Translations under genes and position numbers: made by a program
The notes under the pieces: generated by a model
What the model saw: the letters and a program-made list of their open reading frames with translations, nothing else
Database searches by the model: none
Told to the model about the DNA's origin: nothing
NCBI GenBank assembly: GCA_030141605.1
Contig: JAQGDQ010000198.1
Span: 248,001 to 312,000 of the forward strand
From: Tubiluchus corallicola
Lineage: Eukaryota; Animalia; Priapulida
Reading direction: 5' to 3'
DNA: 64,000 nt
In this document: positions 39,611-54,398 of the stretch, one piece after another
How the letters are laid out: every line of letters starts with the position of its first letter
Position numbering within the stretch: the stretch's first letter is position 1

Positions 39611-40816
39611 GTAAATACAACAGTCTGTTTTATAAATGCAAGATTTTTGAAGTAACGTAATACAATTGTATATGTTTCAAATAATGAAATATCTGAATTT
39701 GAACTTAGCTAAAGATGAAAGTGTGTATGAAAATTTATAAAAAAAAGCAAACGACAAGAAAAAAGTAGAAGAAAAGTAAAAAAACAGAAATGAGGAAAAG
39801 AATAAACAAAAGCGTGCAAATAGCAGATATTCGACGTGGTGATTTTTTACCAATTTTTTTTTAATTTTCGATAATGATTTTTTATTTATTTTAACAAAAA
39901 ATCGAGTTACTCATTTAAATGTTATTGTTAAATTTCGAAGTTTAAAATGAGACGTAAATTATTAATACACGTGTTATATATATATATATATATACTGTAC
40001 GTTTTTTTTCTAGAACGATGATACCAAAAATGAACAGGAAACTGCTATGGACGGCTATCTAAGTACTGCGTATTCCTTTTTATGCTGCCATATTGTTTCA
40101 ACTTCAGCCATTTTCACTTTCTCTATTAGAACCAAATTTATACTGTCATTAACAGGCAATCCGTGTATATCTTACACCATTCAGTTTAACGAAATGAACA
40201 CTATATGTATAATTTACACAGACTGTAATAAATTTTTGTTTTTCCTGCATACGAAATTAATCTACAAGGTGGCGCATTGATACATAATGTCATTAATGTA
40301 AATTAAGTTTAAAAGCAAAATGCGGCCAAACGGGTGTCAACATTTTTGATAGAAAGATAAGGTGCTACTGGGATTACAATGTAACTTTGGTTTTGTGTAA
40401 CTTTGAAACTGCATGCTTCTTAATTGATCATGCTTTCAATAAATTGGTCAATAAATTATAAATATAGTACATCGCAATAGAATTCGTGTTGTCGCTTTTT
40501 TATTTATGTAAGTCACAGACGGAATAAACTGCCAGTTATTACAAATTGGAAACATAAATAAACCAGAAAGTAAGAAATATGAAGATAAGCAAAGCCTGGA
40601 TTTGAACCAGAAACCTTTTGACTGTAATAGATTTTCTCATCTAAGTGAACTGAAATGGTCATTATTATGAAGTCATCACAATTAATATATTTGTACTACA
40701 TTAATACATTTCTTAATATATTACTAAGATATTAATGAGTATATTGAAAACATATGCAATAAATATACAAAAATTAATAACTAATTTTATTGATTTGACA
40801 ACAATTTCCACTTTAA

Positions 40817-41432
40817 AGCAAAACCGGACCCAATCTTAAACTGTAAGTCAAAACAATCTACTCTTTAAAATACTAAAAGGAAACATACTATTTTTTTTCA
40901 ATAATGACTTACGTGAAAGAATTATTTCACAGACACAATTTCGCGTTCGCGCCACTAGTTCTTCGCTGTTACATGCATTTCACCATTCGCTTGTTAGGCG
41001 GGTACTAGCGCCTTCATTTTGAAAACACTTTGCACAAAAACAGGTGCTGTACCTCTCTGTACAGATGTGTTAGTTTGTTATGAACTGCACACGTTCGACA
41101 GCTCATGCGTGAGCACAGCGGTAAACTTAGAAATTCGAATTTTTATCTTAAAACTTGCCTAGTTTTAATACACCACACTGAATATCCTACAGTAGCACGG
41201 TACTTTAATTTTCTCTTTTACTTAAACACGTGCCAATACGCTCGTGGAATATTTTTACTGTGGAAAATTATGTTAGTTTGTGATGTCATCAAGAGTTGTG
41301 CTCGTCCGTCGCTAATTAAGATTTTAATCTATTATTAAATTATCAGAAACTCTTTTGCAGTACTAATGGTGTTACAATGTATACTTTTTATCGGACTTGA
41401 AAATTGGGTAGTATTTGAAAAATCATCCTGTC
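40817..41432 (-). mobile_element. TTAA-flanked ~620-bp MITE (Kolobok-like), copy A
   Basis: Reverse complement of the copies at 59427 and 61452. It starts TTAA|AGCAAAACCGGA. Confidence 0.75.
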
Positions 41433-41811
41433 TTAAGACTTTGAGAAATCATTACTACTCATAACTGCACGTGTTCGCTGTTGCTAATTAATATTCCTTT
41501 CATAATTAAAACCTGAATAAATATGTAGAGTGAAGACGGTGTCTAAAACAAAATATCGGCGCATAAATATTATCGGTACATAAAACAGACGTACAATGAG
41601 CCAGACGCCTGTACATACCTCAGTTTGTTGCATACGCTTCATATATTCTCGTTTGTCAAAAAAATCACAAAAGAAGTGCTCATTAGCATAATTATTCGTA
41701 ATCATAACCAGCCATGGCAACGATAATGACAATATTCTGCTTCGTAATAATAATAAGAAGAAATTTATTTGGAAATGCAAATACAATATATAGAAACAAT
41801 GAGTAAAATGG

Positions 41812-41815
<4 letters not shown>

Positions 41816-41896
<81 letters not shown>

Positions 41897-41915
41897 TAAT
41901 AATAATAATAATAAC
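41816..41915. repeat. (AAT)n microsatellite
   Basis: Directly visible. Confidence 0.97.
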
Positions 41916-42610
41916 CGGATGAAAAACAGTGAGATCGCTATAGCAAAATCTTAATGATTTAATTTTGATATGACAGCATGCAATTTAATAAATGGCAAGC
42001 ACAAGGAGTAAAACTTGTTAGGTGCTTGATCCGTTATAAACACGTCCAAATAATAATAATAAAAAAAGAACAAAAACGAAGGTTATTTAACTAAACTAGA
42101 GTACTCTCCACATCGGAATATTGGCAAATCAGAATGCGAAACTTTCAAACTGATGCATGACGATGATGACGATGACAATGGCGATGATGACTGGCGTTGT
42201 TATCGATTAACTTTGTTTGAATGATTTCTAATTTTAACGATCTCGTATATTTCTATTGTAAATACATGTACAGCGTGAAGATTTAAGTGTTTCATTCCTC
42301 AGTATTATTCTGTTGATTGATACCAACAACTTAACCAGCGAATATTTATAAAAATTACAAAATTTTAAAATAATGAGCGAGTAAAACAAAGTTGCATGAA
42401 CTTGAAATTTTTCATTCTGACTGTCAGTTATTTTCTGCTAGAATATCTTAAGCTCCGCATACAGACTGTTACGGTTTCTAGTCAAGAACAAATGTCATTC
42501 AAAATTTTCACTCTGATTGTCACTCATTTTCTAGTAGAAAATCTTGAGCACTGCGTACAGACTGTCAGGTTTCTTGTCAAGAATAATGATTTATCACAAA
42601 CTATTGATAA

Positions 42611-43065
42611 CATCACAAACTAACATAATTTTCAACAGTAAAAAATATACCACGAGCGCGTTGCGCGTGTTTGCGAAAGCGAAAATTGAAGTACAGAACC
42701 ATGGTAGGATATTCGGTGTGTTATACTAAAATTAGGCAAGTTTTAAGATAAAAATTCAAATTTCAAATTTATCGCTGTGCTCACGCATGAGCTGTCGGAC
42801 GTGTGTAATTTTTCACAAACTAACAGATCTGAACTGAGAGGTACAGCACCTGTTTTTTATGCAATGCGTCTCTGAAATCCGGTCGCTAGTTCCCGTCTAA
42901 TTAGCGAAAGGCAAAGTGCATGTAAAAGCGAAGAACTACTTTCGCTAACGTGAAATTGTGTTTGTGTGGTAATAATTCTTTCTGAAGAAAATAGTATATT
43001 TCCTTTCAATATTTTAAAAAGTAGATTATTGTGACCTACAGTTTAAGATTGAGTCAGGTTTTGCT
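42611..43065 (+). mobile_element. Same MITE family, copy B (5'-truncated)
   Basis: Shares gctgtgctcacgcatgagctgtc, gaggtacagcacctgtttt and the TTTTGCT|TTAA end. Confidence 0.75.
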
Positions 43066-43574
43066 TTAAGAATTTTATTTTCCAATTACGTAGGTTTTTC
43101 ATACAAGTAAGCGTAATACTAAGAAGTATAACTTTGTATGGAAAGTTCTTTGGGATTGACCGTAAAATTTTTCCCTCTCGAATACGTTGTTACGCTGAGT
43201 TTACGTCAAAGTTTCACGTCCCATCATTTCTGTAACATCAATCGACTTACGTGCTTTCGTTATTGCCATCATTGATTAGGGCAGTTACTGTTAATTTACG
43301 ATACCTGCAAAGCGAATATTTTGTATCTACGTCTTCTGCTAAGGTTCAAGAACGTAAATATAAAACATTTACGCTCTATAGTGTCTAAAAAAATTGCTTG
43401 ACAAATATATTATTAATAAAGTCATTAATAGCCTCAGGAATGAAATTCTACCATAAATTTAACCTATTTGACCTATCGTAAAGCTTTACATTAACTTCTA
43501 AGCGCCGATCCGCAGATTTGAAGGAAAAAAATAAGAAAACGGTGCAGAGAAATACCGGTAACAGCCCGAAGGTG

Positions 43575-43855
43575 TGACCTTGAGTGGACATGTCCCCTTC
43601 ATATGGGATTACAGAGAGATCCGATTGCGAACGTGACCCGGGTTCAAAACGCCTAGAAACGGCAACCTGAAAAAATCATAAAATCACATTAATATCACAC
43701 AAACATCTTAATCATGTCACTCGAAAGACCTCTTTGCTTCAGTGATTCTCATATAAACCTAGTTTATTGCAGTTAATCACAGCATCATCGGCATCACTCT
43801 AGGGCTGCAGAGGAGAAAAAGCAGCTGAGGAAAGAGTTAAACGGATGCTCTGAAG
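43575..43855 (+). promoter_or_regulatory. Probable promoter and non-coding exon 1 of the Tyr/Asp-rich gene
   Basis: TATAAA 43752-43757, donor AAG|GTAATT at 43856, and an upstream TGACCTTGA (43575-43583) nuclear-receptor extended half-site. Confidence 0.5.
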
Positions 43856-44199
43856 GTAATTTTAATTATTTTATTAATTTTTCGTTACTCCTGAATACGC
43901 AATGGAATGCATAAGCAGATTTTGTGAACAGATAGTGTGATTTTTCAATGTGTCGTTCTTTTTTCCCCATGTGTGCTTTATTTTGTACAGTACCATTCAT
44001 AACACAGAGTGGTACACGACTTTTTTCTATGGGGTGCAAAAACAGCAAGTACCAGTAAAGAACAATTTATTATATCAAAACCTTGCTGAAACAACAGCGA
44101 AAACTCGGGTGCACAATTTATGTTGCTTGCAAACCTTGCAACATTTATGGATGTGACCAGAACAGCAACTTGAAAATTCTAGAATTATTATTTTCTATT

Positions 44200-44450
44200 G
44201 ATCTGAATGGCGTGGAAAGTCACGTGAACTCAACCAACTAAACACAGAGGAGCTATCTTGAGGAACAAGGCGATGGCTTAGATGATCCAACAACATAGCC
44301 GTTGATTAGTATTCAAGGAACAAACTTGTGAGACATGTGGCAGATGTGTTGGAGGACCTTGAGTCCTGCGAATCGCTGCTCCAATCATACCCCTCAACAC
44401 TCCAGGCTGTGCAAGGACACCCGACGCCTACAGACAAGGTTTTTAGGGTG
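44200..44450 (+). mobile_element. Possible Tc1-like transposase C-terminal remnant
   Basis: EWRGKSRELNQ resembles WPGNSPDLNP. LEDLESCESLLQSYPSTLQAV resembles Tc1-type C-termini. Confidence 0.35.
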
Positions 44451-44520
44451 CGGTAAATTCGCAACTGTTTCAGCATTATTTTGATGTAATAAATTGAATT
44501 TAACATTTCTGATTGCTTTT

Positions 44521-45470
44521 CCGCTGCAAACAGTTACTGTAACAGATAACGGTTTTTTTATTTGATTATGTTGCACAATTATATGCTTACACTTGTGTAT
44601 TTTGTGTGATAATTTCAAAAAGTCCGCTGTAAACAGTTACTGTAACAGATAACTGTTATGTGATTTGATTATGTTGCATAATTATATGCTTACACTTATG
44701 TATTTTGGGTGATAATTTCAAAAAGTCAGCTGTAAACAGTTACTGTAACAGATAACAGTTATTTTATTTGATTATATTGCATAATTATATGCTTACACTT
44801 ATGTATTTTGTGTGATAATTTCAAAAAGTCCGCTGTAAACAGTTACTGTAACAGATAACTGTTAAGTGATTTGATTATGTTGCATAATTATATGCTTACA
44901 CTTATGTATTTTGGGTGATAATTTCAAAAAGTCCGCTGCAAACAGTTACTGTAACAGATAACAGTTATTTTATTTGATTATATTGCACAATTATATGCTT
45001 ACACTTATATATTTTGGATAATAATTTCAGAAAGTCGGCTGTAAACAGTTACTGTAACAGATAACGGTTATTTTAATTGATTACGTTGCAGAATTATATG
45101 CTCACACTTAGGTATTTTGGGTGAGAATTTCAAAAAGTCCGCTGCAAACAGTTACTGTAACAGATAACAGTTATTTTATTTGATTATATTGCACAATTAT
45201 ATGCTTACACTTATATATTTTGGATAATAATTTCAGAAAGTCCATAATTTCAGAAAGTCGGCTGTAAACAGTTACTGTAACAGATAACGGTTATTTTAAT
45301 TGATTACGTTGCAGAATTATATGCTCACACTTAGGTATTTTGGGTGAGAATTTCAAAAAGTCCGCTGCAAACAGTTGCAGTAAGAGATAACGTTATTTTA
45401 ATTGATTACGTTGCAGAATTATATGCTTACACTTATGTATTTCGGATGATAATTTCAGAAAGTCAGCTGT
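44521..45470. repeat. 103-bp minisatellite, about 9 copies
   Basis: The unit starting c(c/a/g)gctg(t/c)aaacagttactgtaacagataac recurs at about 44521, 44624, 44727, 44830, 44933, 45036, 45139, 45258 and 45362. Confidence 0.95.
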
Positions 45471-45618
45471 CAGCACATAGCTGCTGTGCAGTCGTTAATT
45501 TCTTTTTCGTTTTCTGAGTTTAAGTTTCTGCATCTGCATTTTGTAAATTAAAAAACTCAAAAATCAATGACGTTATTATACGAAGATAATGTTCTAATTT
45601 CAGGTACCTGTTACAGGG

Positions 45619-48481
<2,863 letters not shown>

Positions 48482-49974
48482 TGATTTGGAGAGATCACTA
48501 AAAGATCACGAGTTGTGTAGGATGTAAAAACTACTCCTGTAAACATCTAAACCAGACGAAGGATACAACTACTTTCTTACTACTAGAGCCACCTATTGCT
48601 TGAAATTAGACTTTGCTCGACTTGATTTCTCAAATGTTCCAAGCTTTTCTTTTAACGCATTTTAACTTTCATAGTAAAACAATACGAAACAATAAAATTT
48701 CGATGTGGATCTAGAGAAATATGCAAGAATTAAAAGCATGAGAGTAAAAAACAAAGAAAAAATATGCGCAAATTGTTTATTTGATGTATGATCTATGCAC
48801 ATGTAAAAAATTAACTTTTATTTCTGTATTCATTAGCATCATGGTTCGTAGAGCGCATGAATTAGTTTTGGTTGTCCAGTGTTGCTGTTTCTGCGCATGT
48901 GCAAATAATAAAATCATTTGCTATCAGAATTTTCTATCAAACACGTTTTTGCAAAAGTGGTTGTTTTCTCGTCATTATTTTTCCTTCAAAAAGGAAGATG
49001 TGGAGGTGGTGTTGGGGTAAAGGAGCAATGATTCCCTTTATGCTACTTTTCTGCATTAGTTTTCATAACAAAATCTCGTAGAATGTGAGTTAGGGAACTT
49101 TGGATCTTTGGAACTTTGGAACTTTAAAACTTATGTAAATGTGATAAATCGCGCATTAACTTTCTACAAGTCCGTGTTGAAGCAAAGTGCAAAGAACACA
49201 GGACATTAGTGAGCGCCCTGAGGCATACCAATGTTCGAGCAAAATTCTGAGCCAGTCATGCGTTCAACTCTGATCAACAAAAATTAATATTATTTTAGTA
49301 TCTGGAAATTTCGATTTAGTACATCGAAATTTGGAAATCTTGACTAAGTATAATATATATTATATAGTCCTAGCTAGTAAGAGTTTTCTGGTTAGCTACG
49401 AACCGTTAGTGACAAATGGCATACTAAACTAGGACATCCCGTAAAAACACGAAGCATAAAAAACGTCATTTTCAGCCATTTTGAGAAAAACTTTTTTCTA
49501 GTGCAATTATTTCATAGGAGTCACAAAATTTGGTATATGAGTAGACGGTACAACTAATGATCTGACTAGGGCTTCTTATAATACTGTAATTTAAATCTTC
49601 CTAACTTCTTGATCTTTTTAGAACGTAGGCACTTAATACATGGCGACAATGAGTATTCTATCTTGCAAATAATTAGACATTAATGCAGGCAAATTGCCCA
49701 CAGGTGGCTACACAAACAGGAAGATGCCAGTAATTGCTCTTGGTTGCCAGAATTGAAGGTCGTTCAAGCACTGACATAATTGTTTGGAGTTTCCGTATGG
49801 CTCTGGGTCAGTGCCACGTTCACTGTGAAAGGAATACCTTTAAACAGTTGCCGTTAATTCAAACTATCTTTGTAGAACAGACTGGAAAATAAGAGCAGAG
49901 GGTAAAATTCAATTTGCCGAGAGCTTTTCAGTAAACAAGATAAAGCATTTTCCTTTCACCATAAAACAGACTAA

Positions 49975-51101
49975 ATGAATATTTTTATTGTTTTGACGTG
50001 TTTCTGTTTGATGACAATAGATGTCTTTGGTAGTCATGGAAGCAACGATCAATTTGAAAATGGTACGTACATAACAGAGCTATAAGTGGGTATACTTTAA
50101 ATTTTTATTTATTTTCAGTATATAAAACATATAAGCTTTGCAGTATATAATAGCAAAATGTATAAAATTAACTAAATATACAACAAGTACTTAGCAGTGA
50201 GAAAGCTTTAGTAAATTGTCTGATTGCATGACGTACTTTATGATTATGTGTAAACTTATATTACTAAATTGTTAGCATGGCCCTGATACACAGGGTTAGA
50301 CAAAGGCTCGATACAACCATCAATGAAGCACAGAATTAACTGCGCAAAAAGTACAAGAGGAAGAACATAATCACTAAGAATATCACAACACATAAGAAAA
50401 GCAGAAGACAAAGTACACAACCATAGATGAAGCACAGAAACAAAAGAGCAGAAAAAAGCACAAAAATAAAAAGACACGATCACAGTCTAGTCAAAACCCG
50501 AAAGAGAAAAAACAGAATAAGGACAACAATAATATGACGTTAAGAACGACAAGTGAACATTTTTCTGAAAAATTATAGCGCGCGGTAAGTCCGGCCACAT
50601 GTCCTTCCACGGTTCACCTATGGATTAGTGGTGTAGATGTACATTTCGTTGTTAATAATACCGATAAGAGGAAATAAAAACCATTTCCATTCTTGTGTTT
50701 TTTTTGTGATCAGTGTGAATGTGTTACTACATTATTATTACAAAATCTGCAAATAGTTTTACGGAGATTATCTTCACATGAACATAAAACACAGAGGAAA
50801 ACAATACTAAGCATGCTAGTATCGCATGTATTACCGGAGACAACATTCTTATCATCAGTAAGTTTACGCTTTGTTTTAAGCATTAGATTGATTTTTAGTT
50901 TCTAAAATTTAGTTTCTGTTCTGTACAGAATGTGATCTGCCAGCAGAGACAGGCCGGTGCAGGGCTAATATTTCTAGATGGTTCTACAACACAAACTCAA
51001 AAACATGTGAAATATTCACTTATGGAGGCTGTGGCGGAAACGGAAACAACTTTGAAACGGAGGAAGAATGCTGCCAAGCTTGCTGTTTACAGATACGTTA
51101 A
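49975..51101 (+). CDS. Secreted single-domain Kunitz/BPTI inhibitor 1 (exons 49975-50062, 50929-51101)
   Basis: Signal exon MNIFIVLTCFCLMTIDVFGS.., phase-1 intron, then ECDLPAETGRCRANISRWFYNTNSKTCEIFTYGGCGGNGNNFETEEECCQACCLQIR*. P1 is Arg. Confidence 0.9.
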
Positions 51102-51320
51102 CAGAGGGTGTAGGCGTATCTATTGTCACGTAATTCCATGATTAAACGTAATTCAACAATAGAACGATTAAGTCTCATTTTGAAATTTACACAACAGATT
51201 ATTACTGGACAATGTAGAAAATAATAACAGACATAAAAATTCTATTTACCGAGCGTTTAGTACGTAAACAAAATATCTATTTTCATTTTCGAAAAGTTAG
51301 CTGTTTCAGCAACAAGCCGA

Positions 51321-52894
51321 ATGAAACTTTTTGCTGTACTGATGTGTCTGGTATTGATGATACTGGAGGCTTTTGGTTCCCTTTGGAATACGCATCTCAG
51401 CAATCGTAAGTGTATTAAGAAAGGTCGTCTATGGGTGGCAACATTTGTGTCAATTTTGTCGATTTTTTGCAGTTCATCCTGAACTAGTGCATAATTATAT
51501 TATAACTATGCTGTTCTTGGTCCTAGAGATGTCGCTACTTCAAGACAGAAACAGATGTTTGAATTTGCTAAGACAGTATTTGCTGATGTTAGCCAAACTT
51601 GTAACAAATCGATAAAAAATTGTTAACTGCTTTTGTTGAATTTGGTAAAAACAATGCTTTGCCAATCTTTCGCAAGTTTTAATGAGCAAATTCTTCGTGA
51701 GATTGTTCAAGATTCGTGGGAAGTACAATACCGTGGTATAATTTCACACAAAATATTGTAAATTGTGCAGATCATTTCTGTACAATGAGAGCTGTTCAAG
51801 TGACCAAAGCTTAAGCCCTCTTAGTTCCAGTTCAATGTAGAGGAGACTTGCAAGCTTTCGTCGGAATTTTTTCTATTTCCTGTTCAAAACATGGCTGACA
51901 TATAATTAATATTGTCCACTTTTAGTTAGTTTTTTCTGTTTGGTGATCTGCTTGTAATGTGTTGTAAGGAATTGTATTGTAATGTGCCGAATCGTCAGTA
52001 AAGTTCTATAATTATCTGCTAACAGTTTTCCCAAAAAATTCACAATATTCCTTATCCACATAATATGTTTCGACAAAATGTTCACGCAGATGCTTCAATC
52101 ATCACAATAGCAGCCTTCCAGTTTCATTTTAATGAAAAAAATTCTCACAAAAGCTAGAATAAAGAGTTCACGGTGATGTGACACTGACGAAACGTTGGCA
52201 ATGCAAAGATGTCCGCTTGTTTAAACGTTCAGTGCTATCTATAAAAGAACAAAGATCTTCAACTATTGCCTCTAAATTAAAAATCTTTTTTGATCAGCAT
52301 CTTCACGTAACAATATATCTACCAGCTTGAAATTAGATATGCCAGTGTGCCCGGCAATATTGTAAAAAACGGCACATCCCTTTCAATACAATAAAGTTAA
52401 CTTAGATAAAAGTGCTCTGTAGATCCACTCAGAGTGCAGAATGATGCTTCCCTTCCTATGAAGACAGTAGCCCATACGTAATTGTAATGTCCATCTGTCA
52501 CATGGATGCATACTCAGCTTTTTGAACTGGCAGTCTATTAATTTTGTCCATAATAATTGTACAAAAAATGCGATTGATTGTAAACCTTTTCATTAGTAAA
52601 CTCACACATTATTTTACGACCATTTTAGTTAATCATAAAAAAAAAATTTTGTCAATCATGAAAATATTTTATTTAGCGTGCTCCATGCCAGCAGACAAAG
52701 GTCCGTGTAAAGCTGATATTCGTAGGTGGTTCTACGACAAAGCTTCGGGAAATTGTGAAGAATTTATTTACGGAGGTTGCCGTGGAAACCGAAACAACTT
52801 TGCAACAAAGGAACAATGTTGTCAAACATGCTGCATGGCTGTTCGTAGTAGTGCTAACACATATCACACGCATTCCTTCCATGGTTTATTTTGA
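51321..52894 (+). CDS. Secreted single-domain Kunitz/BPTI inhibitor 2 (exons 51321-51405, 52677-52894)
   Basis: MKLFAVLMCLVLMILEAFGS.., phase-1 intron, then PCSMPADKGPCKADIRRWFYDKASGNCEEFIYGGCRGNRNNFATKEQCCQTCCMAVRSSANTYHTHSFHGLF*. P1 is Lys. Confidence 0.92.
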
Positions 52895-54398
52895 TGTAGT
52901 CGCGAAAAACAAAAACAATTAACTATGGAGTCTAACAACATGTTTGACATCACAGAACAATAAACTCTAGGCGTAAGAATTCTTTTCTTCCGAATGGCAC
53001 CAAACAAACCAGTGAGCAAATCTCATAAGATCGTGTGAGGAAAAAGTGTGAATTCTGAAACTGAATTGAATAAATGGATGTTGAGCGTTTGTTGTAGGAA
53101 ACTTGTTTGATGCATAGTAATCATTGTGTAGTTAGTGTGGCAGGTTTAGCATTTTGATACGCAATGTACACATTATTTCTGCTGCTCATAGAGATCCTTA
53201 ATTTTAAAAATGCCTGTTTTAAATTTATTTATAGCAAATTATAAGACGGCTTCTTTCACTATTTGTTCGATTCAAATAAAAGATTAAAGGAAATGACAAG
53301 TCGCTTAGCATGTTGGGTTTATTTTACTGGTATAACTTAAACTTGGAAAACAAAACTATCTGTAAAGCATAAAGTCCATTTATACTGCTGTGTGGATATT
53401 TTCATGTGCGGTGGTAGCCGCCATTCGCTTGAAAATTATGACATAACTGGATGACTTCACGACTTTTCGTAAGTGCATCACAGGTATGAACTGCTTAAAC
53501 TAATTCAGTCTTCTGCAGCTTACCTAATTTCATCCATAAGATATCACAAAATTAGCACACGTCTATCTTTTGATTGATATTTTCAGTACAAAGTAAAGAG
53601 TTATATGAAGAATTCTTAAGGAGCACTACATAGCGGTTAAACACACTCGTTTTGTCCAGAAAACTAACTCCTAATTGTTACTCCCTAAATAAATTTGTCC
53701 ACTGACTGGTCAGAGGGCTGAGCCGACTTTGACCTCGATAACTGCTAGGTCTTAAACATTAGAAGGCTGTCATTTGCTTATAAGCTATTGCAGGATGCAT
53801 AGCTGGACAGCGGACTAGAGTCTTACATGTAATATGAACCGCTTGTATCGCGGAAGTACAAACTTGTTTAAAGTGAGTGAATGCCCCAGTGTTTACATTT
53901 TGCCCTTAATTGTGATCAATGATAATGAAATTAAATTAATTAATTCAAATCTAATTTCATAAATTTTTAATATTTCGTTTTACTCAATTACTAATGAATA
54001 TGCACTCGCCAGTGGGCCCTGTCACACAGATAATCCTTTGCCACCTACCGTAAGGCGTTTGCCGTAAACCGCGGTAGGCTCCTTACAAGCCGCTTTGGGC
54101 AATTCATAAGGGGCTTTATCGTGAAATGAATTTGGCCATTAATTTCATTTGCCATAAGGCGTTTTTTCTTATCGCTAACGTGAAAATTAGTGTAATTAAG
54201 CTTGTTTCTACACACAATTCATTTATACCATAAGAATTCATAACACCGACGTAACAATGTAACAAAGGCTTTCACTGTTCTAACGTCATTTTCGAACTAT
54301 TTGGAACAGATTTTCACCTAATGTTGTGGAACAATAACAGCTGAAAGTTTAATTAGTAAACAAAACGTCATATTTTCAGAGGGAAATTTAGAAAATAA

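Noticed and set aside
44521-45470. CRISPR-like array
   Set aside because: Whole units repeat with no unique spacers, the context is eukaryotic, and there are no cas genes.
50272-50285. ttagcatggccctg resembling U6 snRNA
   Set aside because: Short imperfect match with no flanking U6 sequence; probably chance.
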